Positions 43,336 to 52,678 are shown, counted from the stretch's first letter. The stretch is 64,000 nt of DNA from Actinomycetota bacterium (GCA_016870325.1 VGBV01000001.1:3349-67348), one strand, 5' to 3'. Translations and numbers: made by a program. The notes: generated by a model from the sequence alone, not told the origin.

Positions 43336-45833
43336 TCGCCGCCGCCTCGCTCGTCTGCGGCCAGGCGGTGATGGTCGCCTCCGGCCGCGCGCGCTATTCG
43401 GCGGTCTCGCCGGCGGCCGGGCTCTCGGTGCTGCTGGTCGTCTGCGGGATCGCGATCAAGCTGCCCGGGCACGGGACCACCGCGGCCGTCGCCGCCGGGC
43501 TGGCGATCGCGGCGTCGCTATGGGTGCTGCACCGCGAGCGCGACGGCCTCGGCGAGATGCCCGTCTGGGGGATCGCCTCGGCCGCGATCGCGGTGCTGCT
43601 GGTCTCGATCCCGTTCCTGACCTCGGGCCGCGTCGGGATCCTCGGCCAGGGGCTGGTCAACGACGACATGGCCTCGCACCTGCTGTTCACCGAGTGGGCC
43701 GACACGCGCGAGGGCCCGGCGCCGGACCTGATCGCCGACGGCTACCCGCTCGGCCCGCACGCGGTCGTCTCGGCGACCTCGAAGATCGTCCCCGGCGCCG
43801 ACCTGGTCGAGACCTTCGCCGGCCTCACCGGCGCGATCGCGGCGCTGGCGGCGCTGACCGCGTTCGGCGCCCTCGGCGGCGTGCGGACGCGGCTGCGGGT
43901 ACCCGCAGCCGCTCTCGCCGCTCTGCCCTACCTCGGCACCGCCTACCTCGCGCAGGGCGCCTTCAAGGAGCCGATGCTGGCGCTTTCACTCGTCGGCTTC
44001 GCGCTCTGCCTGCCTGCCCTGCGCAAGAGCTGGAACGGGCTGCAGCCGACTTACGTCTCGACTCTGCCGGATCGCGGCCGCTCCTGGATTCGCAGGCAGG
44101 CGAGGCTGGCGATCCCGGCGGGCGTGATCGCCGCCGGCGCGATCTACAACTACAGCTTCCCGGGCCTGGCCTGGCTCGCGGTCGCGCTCGCGGCCTGGGC
44201 CCTGCTGATCGCCTGGCGAGACCGCGGGAAGCGCCAGGGCCTGGACCTGCGCAACCGCCTGCGCTGGGGGACGCCGGTGCTGGTGGCCGGATGCGCGATC
44301 CCGCTGGCGGCGGCGCTGCCGGAGCTGCTCAACCTTGTGCGCTTCGCCGGCTTCGAGGCCTTCAACCCGAGCGGGGAGGGCGGCAACACCGGCTTCGGCA
44401 ACCTGCGCCAGGCGCTGAACCCTCTGGAGGCGCTGGGAGTCTGGCCCTCGAGCGAGTTCCGGATCGCGCCCAAGAACTCGAGCACCCCCGAGCTCGCCTT
44501 CTACCTCGGCGGCCTGCTGGGCCTCGTCGCCTTCTCCTGGGGGCTCGGCCGCGCCGTCGCCCGCCGCGAGGAGGCGTTGCCCGCGGCGCTCGCCTCGGCC
44601 GCGGTCGGCTACCTGGCCGCACTCGCGGTCGGCACCCCCTACACCCAGGCCAAGGCCCTCGCCGTGGCCGCCCCGGTCGTGATGTTGATCGCGCTGCGGG
44701 GCCTGCTCTCGGCGGACTCGCTCGCGGGCGAGAGCGAGAAGGCCGCGAAGTGGTGGCCGCCCGAGCCGCTGCGCCCGCTGCTGCGCTGGGGCGTCCCGGC
44801 CCTGACCGCCGCCTTTGCGGTCGCAGCGCTGTTCTCGACCCTGCTGCCGCTGCGCCAGTCGGCGGTGGGGCCGACCGCGACCGCCGAGCGCCTGATCCGC
44901 GACTTCCGGCCGAGCCTGCAGGGGCAGGACGTTCTCTTCCTCGGTCGCGACAACTTCATCTCCTGGGAGCTGCTGGGCTCCGAGGTCTACACGCCGATTC
45001 GCAACCCCTATGACACCGAGCCGGTCTGGTCGCTCTACCGGGCGACCCCGATCAACGCCAAGTTCGACTGGGACAACGTCCCTCCCGACCTGCCCGACGA
45101 TCGTCGCTCCCTCGCCGACTTCGACTGGGTGATCACGACCAGCGCCGCGTTCAACAGCGAGGCGCCGCCCGAGTTCCGCCCCGCCGAGCGCAGCGGGGAC
45201 TTCGTGCTCTGGGAGCGGGTCGCCCCGACGCCGCCGCCGGGAGAACCCGGTGGCCGCCTCACCCTGCGGGAGCCGATCTACCCGGGTGCGACGGTGGACT
45301 GCTCGGACACCGCCACCGCGGCCCTCTCGAAGCTGGGGGGCACGGCCACGGCGTTGCCGTTGGCGCCCGTCATCGGCCAGGCCTGGGAGCCGAGCCCCGA
45401 CATCACCGATGCCGGCGCCGCCGTCGAGCAGCTGCGCCTGCGTAGGGGCGGGTGGATCCTCTCGATCCAGTACGCGAGCACCCAGAGCTTGACGGTCAGC
45501 GCCCCCGGCGCCTCGTGGGAGCTGCCGGCCAACCTCACCTTCAGGGGCCCGGCGCCCTACTACCCCCTCGGCGAGTACACGGTCGGGGGCGCCGCCGAGG
45601 ACGTGCGCTTCGAGGCGCGAGTGCAGCGCCCCCCGCTGCTCGGCCGCCTGCTCGGGACCGAGAGCCGGGCCTACCTCGGGCGGATCACCGCGGTGAGGGC
45701 CGGGGCCCGCGAGCGGCTGGCGCTGAGCGCGGCCTGCGGCCGCTACCTGGACTGGTTCACCGCGCCCGGAGCTTCCGAGCGGGAGCTCGCAGCGATCGAG
45801 GGGCCGACACCCGAGGAACCCGAGGAGGAGTGA
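43305..45833 (+). CDS. large polytopic membrane protein with a C-terminal extracytoplasmic domain (GT-C/ArnT-like topology, function unassigned)
   Basis: 842 aa. Many hydrophobic segments occupy the first ~480 aa, followed by a ~350-aa soluble part. No catalytic motif confidently recognised. Confidence 0.7.
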   Translation: MLSALLAGALIAAASLVCGQAVMVASGRARYSAVSPAAGLSVLLVVCGIAIKLPGHGTTAAVAAGLAIAASLWVLHRERDGLGEMPVWGIASAAIAVLLVSIPFLTSGRVGILGQGLVNDDMASHLLFTEWADTREGPAPDLIADGYPLGPHAVVSATSKIVPGADLVETFAGLTGAIAALAALTAFGALGGVRTRLRVPAAALAALPYLGTAYLAQGAFKEPMLALSLVGFALCLPALRKSWNGLQPTYVSTLPDRGRSWIRRQARLAIPAGVIAAGAIYNYSFPGLAWLAVALAAWALLIAWRDRGKRQGLDLRNRLRWGTPVLVAGCAIPLAAALPELLNLVRFAGFEAFNPSGEGGNTGFGNLRQALNPLEALGVWPSSEFRIAPKNSSTPELAFYLGGLLGLVAFSWGLGRAVARREEALPAALASAAVGYLAALAVGTPYTQAKALAVAAPVVMLIALRGLLSADSLAGESEKAAKWWPPEPLRPLLRWGVPALTAAFAVAALFSTLLPLRQSAVGPTATAERLIRDFRPSLQGQDVLFLGRDNFISWELLGSEVYTPIRNPYDTEPVWSLYRATPINAKFDWDNVPPDLPDDRRSLADFDWVITTSAAFNSEAPPEFRPAERSGDFVLWERVAPTPPPGEPGGRLTLREPIYPGATVDCSDTATAALSKLGGTATALPLAPVIGQAWEPSPDITDAGAAVEQLRLRRGGWILSIQYASTQSLTVSAPGASWELPANLTFRGPAPYYPLGEYTVGGAAEDVRFEARVQRPPLLGRLLGTESRAYLGRITAVRAGARERLALSAACGRYLDWFTAPGASERELAAIEGPTPEEPEEE

Positions 45834-45919
45834 TGCCGCGGCTGTGGCTGATCGCGACGGCGATCATCGTCATCTGCTGTCTCGCGTCGATGGTGATCGC
45901 CGTCACCAAGCTGACGTAG
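45833..45919 (+). CDS. 28-aa hydrophobic micropeptide
   Basis: MPRLWLIATAIIVICCLASMVIAVTKLT. The ATG overlaps the upstream TGA (TGATG) and is preceded by GAGGAGGAG. Confidence 0.55.
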   Translation: MPRLWLIATAIIVICCLASMVIAVTKLT

Positions 45920-46149
45920 CACGGTCCGAGGCGGTCTCAGTCCAAGCGGCGATGGCCGCGCAGGCCGCCGCCGCCGACAGGCCGTGCCCCTGATGCACGG
46001 CCCGAGGCGGTCTCAGTCCAAGCGGCGATGGCCGCGCAGGCCGCCGCCGACAGGCCGTGCCCCTGATGCACGGGGCGAGGCGGTCTCAGTCCAAGCGGCG
46101 ATGGCCGCGCAGGCCGCCGCCGCCGACAGGCCGTGCCCCTGATGCACGG
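45919..46149. repeat. tandem array of 76/73/76-bp units with embedded hairpins
   Basis: Units start at 45919, 45995 and 46068, with a fourth GCACGG at 46144. The units differ by one GCC triplet and a few substitutions. A hairpin GGCCGTGC-ccctgat-GCACGGCC lies at 45980-46002. Confidence 0.9.
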
Positions 46150-46198
46150 GGCGATAGGATCGCGGCGCAATCGACCTGCAGGCGGACCAGGAGACTGA

Positions 46199-46642
46199 AT
46201 GTTCGACCGCATCGTTGTTGGCACCGACGGCTCGGAAACCGCGGCTCAGGCGGTCAAGACCGCGATCGAGCTGGCCAAGCTGAACAAGGCGAAGCTCGAG
46301 ATCGTCAGCGCCTACGAGCCCGTGCCGCAGTCCCAGCTGCGCGAGGAGGGCGAGGGCATCAGCGGTGACGTCAGCCACGTGGTCAACCCCCGCGAGGAGG
46401 TCAGCTTCGTGCTGGACAAGGCGGCGGCCGAGGCGAAGAAGGCCAAGGTCGACGTCGTCACCCACCCGCGCGAGGGAGACCCCGCCGACGCCATCCTCGA
46501 CGTCGCCGAGGAGAACAAGGCGGACCTGATCCTGGTCGGCAACAAGGGCATGACCGGAGCGCGGCGCTTCCTGCTCGGCAGCGTGCCGAACAAGATCTCC
46601 CATCACGCCCCCTGCGACGTCTGGATCGTCCGCACGACCTAG
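46199..46642 (+). CDS. universal stress protein (UspA family)
   Basis: MFDRIVVGTDGSE, LILVGNKGMTGARRFLLGSVPNKISHHAPCDVWIV. RBS CAGGAGAC. Confidence 0.9.
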   Translation: MFDRIVVGTDGSETAAQAVKTAIELAKLNKAKLEIVSAYEPVPQSQLREEGEGISGDVSHVVNPREEVSFVLDKAAAEAKKAKVDVVTHPREGDPADAILDVAEENKADLILVGNKGMTGARRFLLGSVPNKISHHAPCDVWIVRTT

Positions 46643-46739
46643 CGGCTGTCAGGCCGCCCTCCGTGGGAGCAAGGGCGAAGCCCGCGGCGACTAGTGCCGG
46701 TGGCCGCTACAGCCGCGGCCTGATGGCGAAGCCCGCGCC

Positions 46740-48116
46740 CTAGCAGCCGGGAGCCCGCGTGCCCACGGCGCGCGCCGCGTCGATCAGGCCGGCGCCGAAG
46801 CTGACCGAATCATACGCCTGGCCCAGCTCGCCGGCGCCGCTGCGGGCGGTGGCCTCGAGCTGGCACTCGACTCGCGCCGGCTTCGGGCGCTTGGGGCCGA
46901 GCACGCGGCTCGCGATCACCATCGCCGCGACCCCGCTGACGTGGGCGGCCGCCATCGAGGTGCCCTCGTAGTCGGAGGGGTAGCCGAAGCGCGTGAAGCC
47001 GGGGCCCGAGAAGGTGAGCTGGAAGATTGGTTCGCCGCGGCCGAACAGCGGGTCGTTGTCCCCGCAGACGCCCAGCCGCGGGTAGCCGCCGCCCGGGGCG
47101 ACGAGGTCGAGGCCATCGCCGGTGCGGGAGTCGTTCGCGAGGCAGGCGTCCTTGGTCGTGCGCCCGACGCCGATCACCTTCGGGGCGCGGGCGGGGTAGG
47201 CGACCGGCTCGCCGTTGGTGTTGCCGGCGGCGGCGACCACGACCGCCCCGCGCTTGGCGGCGAACTTGATCGCCTCGCAGACGCTCTTGACCTTCGAGCA
47301 TGAGTCGACCGCCGCGCCGAACTCGAAGCTGAGGTTGATCACGTCGGCGCCGCGCTTGGCGGCGAAGCGGATCCCCTTGGAGATGTCGCTGGCGGTGCCG
47401 AACCCCTGCGCGTCGAGAACCCGCACGGGGATGATCTGGGTCTTCGGCACCAGCCCGGTGAGCCCGAGCTTGTTGCCCGTGCGCTCGGCGATCGTGCCGG
47501 TGACGTGGGTTCCGTGCCCGTCGCGGTCGAGCGGCAGCCCGTGTCCCTTCTTGCCCTTCGCGGGGTTGACGAAGTCCCTGCCCCAGACGAACTGTCCCGC
47601 CCCGAAATCCGGGCTGCGCTTGAAGCCCGGCTTGCGGGTGGTGAAGGCGACCCCGGTGTCTGCGACGGCGACCCGCGTGCCCTTGCCGAGCGAAGCGCCG
47701 CGCTTCCTCAGCTTCTTCCAGGCGCCGATCGCGTTGATCCCTCCTCGCGCCTCGAAGGCGAGCGGCGCGGCGGACTGCCCGCACCGCGAGCCGCAGGGCA
47801 GGAAGTTCCACTGGGTCAGCCGCCAGTCCCCGGCGGTCGAGGACAGTCCGTAGTCGTTGGGGACAGACGAGGTGTGGGCGATGTAGTTCGGGACCGCGTA
47901 GGCGACCTGCGGCCGCTCGCGCAGCTCGCGGACGCCCTCGCCGACCCCGACCGCGGGCGGCAGCTCGACCAGCTTCTGGCGGCCGTCCTCGAGCCCGACG
48001 ATGACCTCGCCGGGCACGAACTCGGGAGCTTCGGGCGCCCCCTCGGCCGGGGCGGATGCGGCCATGGTCGCGCTCACCGCGAGGGCCAGGGGGATTGTCG
48101 CCAGCAGTCGTCGCAT
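46740..48116 (-). CDS. secreted subtilisin-like (S8) serine protease
   Basis: Signal peptide MRRLLATIPLALAVSATMAASAPA. Catalytic triad VADTGV (Asp), HGTHVTG (His), GTSMAAAHVSG (Ser). Confidence 0.9.
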   Translation of the reverse strand: MRRLLATIPLALAVSATMAASAPAEGAPEAPEFVPGEVIVGLEDGRQKLVELPPAVGVGEGVRELRERPQVAYAVPNYIAHTSSVPNDYGLSSTAGDWRLTQWNFLPCGSRCGQSAAPLAFEARGGINAIGAWKKLRKRGASLGKGTRVAVADTGVAFTTRKPGFKRSPDFGAGQFVWGRDFVNPAKGKKGHGLPLDRDGHGTHVTGTIAERTGNKLGLTGLVPKTQIIPVRVLDAQGFGTASDISKGIRFAAKRGADVINLSFEFGAAVDSCSKVKSVCEAIKFAAKRGAVVVAAAGNTNGEPVAYPARAPKVIGVGRTTKDACLANDSRTGDGLDLVAPGGGYPRLGVCGDNDPLFGRGEPIFQLTFSGPGFTRFGYPSDYEGTSMAAAHVSGVAAMVIASRVLGPKRPKPARVECQLEATARSGAGELGQAYDSVSFGAGLIDAARAVGTRAPGC

Positions 48117-48254
48117 CTCCGATTCGGTTTTGACGCACGAGACCGGCGGCTGCCGGTCACTGTGTGAACACGATAGAGCGGGCGAAGTTCCACTCCGGCG
48201 CCTCGCGGCCGCGTCCGGCCCGTCCCCTTCGCGTCGTTGCCCGATACTCCGGCG

Positions 48255-48734
48255 ATGGCCGATCGGATCACTCGCGAGCGCGACGAGCGGCTGATGCGGG
48301 TCGCGCTGGAGCACGCCGAGCGCGCCGCCGGGCACGGCGACGTGCCGATCGGCGCCGTGATCGTGCGCGGCGAGGAGCTGCTGGGCGCCGCCGGCAACGA
48401 GCGCGAGCTGCGAGCCGACCCGACCGCCCACGCCGAGGTGCTGGCGCTGCGCGAGGCCGGGCAGAGGCTCGGCGGCTGGCGCCTGCCCGGGACGACTCTC
48501 TACGTGACCTTGGAGCCGTGCGTGATGTGCGCGGGGGCGATCTCGCTGGCGCGCGTCGCGCGGGTCGTCTACGGCGCCGCGGACCCCAAGGGAGGCGCCG
48601 TCGGGGGGGTGTTGGATGTCTACGCGGGTCCCTCCTCGGCCGCCCTCAACCACCGCCCCGAGGTGGACGGCGGAGTGCTGGCGGGGGAGTCGGGATTGCT
48701 GCTCCGGGGCTTCTTCGAGTCCCGGCGCTCATAA
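48255..48734 (+). CDS. tadA: tRNA adenosine(34) deaminase
   Basis: HAEVLALREAG and TLEPCVMCAGAI zinc motifs. Confidence 0.9.
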   Translation: MADRITRERDERLMRVALEHAERAAGHGDVPIGAVIVRGEELLGAAGNERELRADPTAHAEVLALREAGQRLGGWRLPGTTLYVTLEPCVMCAGAISLARVARVVYGAADPKGGAVGGVLDVYAGPSSAALNHRPEVDGGVLAGESGLLLRGFFESRRS

Positions 48735-48761
48735 GATGGGCGCTGTGAGCAGGAGGACCTG

Positions 48762-50129
48762 GTGAGCGAGATCGACCGCAGCTGGCTGCGCGAGCTGATG
48801 AGCCGCGAGCTGGCGAGCTTCCGCGAGTCCAACCCGCGCTCGTTCGAGATCTTCGAGCGCTCCCGAACGTCGCTGCTGGACGGGGTGCCGATGAACTGGA
48901 TGGTGCGGTGGCCGGGCGAGTTCCCGGTCTACGTAGCCGAGGCCTCGGGTGCGCACTTCAGCGACGTCGACGGCCATACCTACGTCGATCTCTGCCTCGG
49001 CGACACCGGCGCGATGGCCGGCCACAGCCCCGAGCCGGTCGTCCGCACGCTCTCCGAGCAGGCGGCGAAGGGGATCACGACGATGCTGCCGGCCGAGGAC
49101 GCCGGCTGGGTGGGCGAGGAGATGGGGCGGCGCTTCGGCCTGCCGCTGTGGCAGTTCTCGCTGACCGCGACCGACGCGAACCGCTGGGCGATCCGCCTCT
49201 GCCGCCAGATCACCGGCCGCCCCAAGATCCTGGTCCAGAACTGGTGCTACCACGGCTCGGTCGACGAGACCTTCACCCAGCTGGCCGAGGACGGGACGAC
49301 GGTGCTGCCGCGCGAGGGCAACATCGGCCCGCCCGTGGACCCCGCCGAGACGACCCGCGTGGTCGAGATCAACGACACAGACGCGCTCGAGCGCGAGCTC
49401 GCCCACGGCGACGTCGCCTGCGTCCTGGTCGAGCCCGCGCTGACCAACATCGGCATCGTGCTGCCGGATCCCGGCTACCACGACGCCCTGCGCGAGCTGA
49501 CCCGGAGGCACGGAACGCTGCTGATCATCGACGAGACACACACGATCTGCGCGGGCCCGGGCGGCTACACCAAGGCCCACGGCCTGCAGCCGGACCTGCT
49601 GACGATCGGCAAGACGATCGGGGGAGGCATCCCGATCGGCGCCTACGGCTTCACCACCGAGTTGGCCGAACGGATCGGCGACGCGATCGAGGAGGAGCTC
49701 TCGGACGTCGGCGGCATCGGCGGCACTCTCGCCGGCAACCCGCTGTCGCTGGCGGCCGCCCGGGCCTGCCTCGGCGAGGTGCTGACCGACGACGCCTTCG
49801 AGCGCATGATCGCGCTCGGCGAGCGCTTCACCGACGGCGTGCAGTCGGTGATCGACGAGCACGGCGCCCCCTGGCACGTGACCCGCCTCGGCTGCCGCGC
49901 CGAGTACCTGTTCAGCCCCGAGGTCGCCCGCGACGGCGCGCAGGCGGCGGCCTCGGGCGACGCCGAGCTCGACCGCTACATGCACCTGCACGCGCTCAAC
50001 CGCGGCATCCTGCTCACCCCCTTCCACAACATGGCGCTGATGAGCCCGGCCACGACCGAGGCCGACGTCGACCGTCACACCGAGATCTTCCGCGAGGGCG
50101 TCGGCGAACTCGTCGCGGGACCCGGCTAG
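48762..50129 (+). CDS. class-III PLP aminotransferase (glutamate-1-semialdehyde aminomutase-like)
   Basis: RBS GCAGGAGGA followed by GTG. LIIDETHT, TIGKTIGGGIP (PLP Lys). Confidence 0.85.
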   Translation: MSEIDRSWLRELMSRELASFRESNPRSFEIFERSRTSLLDGVPMNWMVRWPGEFPVYVAEASGAHFSDVDGHTYVDLCLGDTGAMAGHSPEPVVRTLSEQAAKGITTMLPAEDAGWVGEEMGRRFGLPLWQFSLTATDANRWAIRLCRQITGRPKILVQNWCYHGSVDETFTQLAEDGTTVLPREGNIGPPVDPAETTRVVEINDTDALERELAHGDVACVLVEPALTNIGIVLPDPGYHDALRELTRRHGTLLIIDETHTICAGPGGYTKAHGLQPDLLTIGKTIGGGIPIGAYGFTTELAERIGDAIEEELSDVGGIGGTLAGNPLSLAAARACLGEVLTDDAFERMIALGERFTDGVQSVIDEHGAPWHVTRLGCRAEYLFSPEVARDGAQAAASGDAELDRYMHLHALNRGILLTPFHNMALMSPATTEADVDRHTEIFREGVGELVAGPG

Positions 50130-50165
50130 CTGCCCGACTCACCGGCCTCCTCCGGCGTCCGAGCT

Positions 50166-50194
50166 GCGTTTGTCCGGCTATGCGCGACAAACGC
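50166..50194. terminator. hairpin downstream of the aminotransferase gene and tRNA-Ser
   Basis: GCGTTTGTC-cggctatgcgc-GACAAACGC (9-bp stem). Confidence 0.4.
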
Positions 50195-50209
50195 ATCCAG
50201 GACGGACAG

Positions 50210-50298
50210 CGGAGAGGGTGGGATTCGAACCCACGAGGCAACTTTCATCGCCCACTCGCTTTCCAAGCGAGCTCCTTAAGCCACTCGGACACCTCTCC
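50210..50298 (-). tRNA. tRNA-Ser (anticodon GGA)
   Basis: Reverse complement is GGAGAGGTGTCCGAGTGG..CTCGC-TTGGAAA-GCGAG, followed by a long variable arm, GTGGG-TTCGAAT-CCCAC and CCTCTCCG. Confidence 0.92.
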
Positions 50299-50409
50299 GG
50301 GCGACCGTGACTATAGAAGCCGGGGCGCTGCGATCGGCGGGGTCCTGGCGGCCGCCCCCATCAGTCGCGGCCGCAAGCGGCCGCTCGAAAGCCTGCGGCC
50401 TGGCGACCC

Positions 50410-51227
50410 CTACTCGATGAAGTAGAAGGGGTTCGGGAGCTTGAAGCTGCGGTCGGCGTAGCCGCCGGCCAGGTCGCTCTCCTGGTCACCGACGTTGGCG
50501 ATGATGCGGTAGCCCTGGCTCTCGATCTCGGCCCGGGCGCCGGACTTGAACGGGATCGTCTCCTCGTCGCTCGGCTTCATGTAGAAGCCGGCCGGGTCGA
50601 TGTAGCCGACGTCGCTCAGGTTCTGGGCGCTCAGGCCCTGCAGGCTCGGGAGCCGGCCCGTGACGAAGAAGACGGCGATGTTCATCTGCCTGGCGCGCTG
50701 GTAGATAGCGAGCGTTGGCGCGATCGCCGGCGAGTCCGCCTCGTTGATCGCGACCACGAGCGCCGCCCCGGCCGCCGCGAAGTCGGAGTCGTTCAGCCCT
50801 GGTAGTTCGAGAGCGAGGTCTCGTCGATGTCGAGCACGATCGCGAGGCGCTTGCTGCACTTGCGAGCTCCCGAGTTGGTCTTCTTCTTCTTGGCACAGCC
50901 CCTGCGGAAGGCTCAGCTGCGCAGCGCCCTGGCCTGCCGGACCATGAAGCTGAGCGCCTCGGCGCCGACCGCCTGCAGGTCCGAGGCGTAGGCGCCGCTG
51001 TCGTGGTAGCCGCGCACCGATGGCACGAACTCCCCGACCCCGAGCGTCCCGTGCGAGCCGATCCGGGGCAGGCCGACGCCCGTGGCACGGATCGAGTGGG
51101 GCGGGTCGGGGGCGTACCTGGCGGGCTTCGGCGGTTTCTTGGCGGCGACCACGAGCACGCTCGCGCCCAGCACGGCTCCCGCCGCGACCAGCGCCAGTCC
51201 CTTGGTGGTGCGCCTCGCTCGTCCCAT
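50410..51227 (-). pseudogene. class-B (HAD-IIIB, plant-type) acid phosphatase, split over three frames
   Basis: Frame 1 carries the signal/TM region and YHDSGAYASDLQAVGAEALSF, with a stop at 50913. Frame 2 carries CAKKKKTNSGARKCSKRLAIVLDIDETSLSNYQG followed by a stop. Frame 3 carries LNDSDF..VFFVTGR..IANVGDQESDLAGG..FKLPNPFYFIE. Confidence 0.7.
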
Positions 51228-51306
51228 CCCGCGGCGGCATCCTAGTCGCAGGCCGACCCGCAGAGCAAGCGCGCCAGCCGCGGATGGCCTCGGCTAGGAT
51301 CGCCCC

Positions 51307-51765
51307 GTGGCCACCTGGAACGTCTACCTCGCGGGCGAGATCCACAGCGACTGGCGCGAGCAGATCGCGGCGGGCGCGAAGCAGGCCGGCCTCGACGTCG
51401 CCTTCAGCTCGCCGGTCACCGACCACTCAGCCTCTGACGACGCCGGCGTCGCCATCCTCGGCGACGAGCCCGATTCCTTCTGGAAGGACCACAAGGGCGC
51501 CGGCGTCAACGCGATCCGCACCCAGACGCTGATCCGCAACGCCGACCTGGTCGTGGTCAGGTTCGGTGAGAAGTACAAGCAGTGGAACGCGGCCTTCGAC
51601 GCCGGCTTCGCCGCAGCGCTCGGCAAGCCGATCGTGACCCTGCACCCGCCCGAGCACGACCACACGCTGAAGGAGATCGACCGCGCCGCCCAGGCGACCG
51701 CCGAGTCCCCGGAGCAGGTCGTCGAGATCCTCCGCTACGTGCTCGAGGGCCAGCTCGCGCGGTGA
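51307..51765 (+). CDS. ytoQ: YtoQ-family protein (nucleoside 2-deoxyribosyltransferase-like fold)
   Basis: WNVYLAGEIHSDWREQI and FGEKYKQWNAAFDAGFAAALGKPIV closely match the B. subtilis YtoQ pattern. Confidence 0.85.
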   Translation: MATWNVYLAGEIHSDWREQIAAGAKQAGLDVAFSSPVTDHSASDDAGVAILGDEPDSFWKDHKGAGVNAIRTQTLIRNADLVVVRFGEKYKQWNAAFDAGFAAALGKPIVTLHPPEHDHTLKEIDRAAQATAESPEQVVEILRYVLEGQLAR

Positions 51766-51778
51766 GGGGCCGGGGCTG

Positions 51779-52093
51779 ATGGCGGCCGAGTGCCTCTGCG
51801 GCTGCGGGCGCGAGGTGGCGTTCCGCTGGCGCCCCGTCAACACCCGCGGCCGCGACCTGCGGGCGACGGTGACCGAGATCAAGAAGACCCCGGGCCGGGG
51901 ACGCAGCCTCGCCGACCGCGGGTACGTGAAGGAGGTCAACCGCGCCTGCGAGAAGCTCGCCGAGGCGGTCCACGAGCAGCTCCCCGCCGACAACGACCTC
52001 GAGCGCGAGACGCGGGACCTGCTGAAGAAGTACAGGGAGCGCTACGGCAAGCCGGGTTTCTCGCTCGGCCGCTGGCAGATCGCCCGCCGCTGA
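51779..52093 (+). CDS. hypothetical protein (N-terminal CLCGCG motif)
   Basis: ATG ORF of 104 aa with basic, helical composition. No family recognised. Confidence 0.5.
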   Translation: MAAECLCGCGREVAFRWRPVNTRGRDLRATVTEIKKTPGRGRSLADRGYVKEVNRACEKLAEAVHEQLPADNDLERETRDLLKKYRERYGKPGFSLGRWQIARR

Positions 52094-52110
52094 GCGCTTT
52101 CGGGCCGGTC

Positions 52111-52431
52111 CTAGCGAAGCCCCAGCAGCAGCCGCAGCGCCGCCTCGACTCCCTCGATCTCGTCGGGCCCCAGCCTGCCCACCCGCTTGCCGAGGCGGCC
52201 GCTGTCGACGGCCCGGAGCTGCTCGCAGAGGACGAGCGTCGGCTGGCGGCGGATGGTGACGGCGGGGTGGAAGTCAGCGGCCGGCGCGCTCCTCGACGTC
52301 GGCGCGACCACCACCGTCGAGAGCGGCATCAGGGAATCGGCCTGGAGCACGACCCCATAGCGCTTGCCCCGCTGCTCGTGGCCGCGTGCCTCGCGGCCGA
52401 GCCGCAGCTCGAAGACGTCACCACGGTTCAC
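52111..52431 (-). CDS. mazF: MazF/PemK-family endoribonuclease toxin
   Basis: NRGDVFEL..GHEQRGKRYGVVLQ..VVVAPTS..LCEQLRAVD. GTG start. Confidence 0.85.
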   Translation of the reverse strand: MNRGDVFELRLGREARGHEQRGKRYGVVLQADSLMPLSTVVVAPTSRSAPAADFHPAVTIRRQPTLVLCEQLRAVDSGRLGKRVGRLGPDEIEGVEAALRLLLGLR

Positions 52432-52648
52432 TGAGCTCGTCCATCACCGCTTGAATCTCCGCGACCTCGCGCCGGTACGTGGGGTCGGACGCGACCCGCT
52501 CAGCCTGCCGGCGCAGCGTCTCCCCCTGCTGCGCGGAGGAGAGCAGGGCCTCCCTGATCGCCTCCGAGCGGCTCCTGCCGCCGGCTTCCAGGCGCCGCAG
52601 CGCGCGCAGCGCCTCCTCGTCGAGCCGCACCGAGATCGTCTTCGTCAT
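52418..52648 (-). CDS. ribbon-helix-helix (CopG-type) antitoxin
   Basis: MTKTISVRLDEEALRALRRLEAGGRSRSEAIREAL. Overlaps the mazF start by 14 nt. Confidence 0.8.
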   Translation of the reverse strand: MTKTISVRLDEEALRALRRLEAGGRSRSEAIREALLSSAQQGETLRRQAERVASDPTYRREVAEIQAVMDELSEPW

Positions 52649-52658
52649 CTTCGCCAAC

Positions 52659-52678
52659 GTAATACGAAGTGTAATACG
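52659..52678. promoter_or_regulatory. direct 8-mer repeats in an AT-rich patch, candidate RHH operator/promoter
   Basis: GTAATACG occurs at 52659-52666 and 52671-52678, which is 11-30 nt upstream of the antitoxin ATG (52648). Confidence 0.4.

Noticed and set aside
45919-46149. Whether the tandem repeat is a CRISPR array.
   Set aside because: The units are directly contiguous with no unique spacers, the unit length (73-76 bp) is too long, and no cas genes are in the window.
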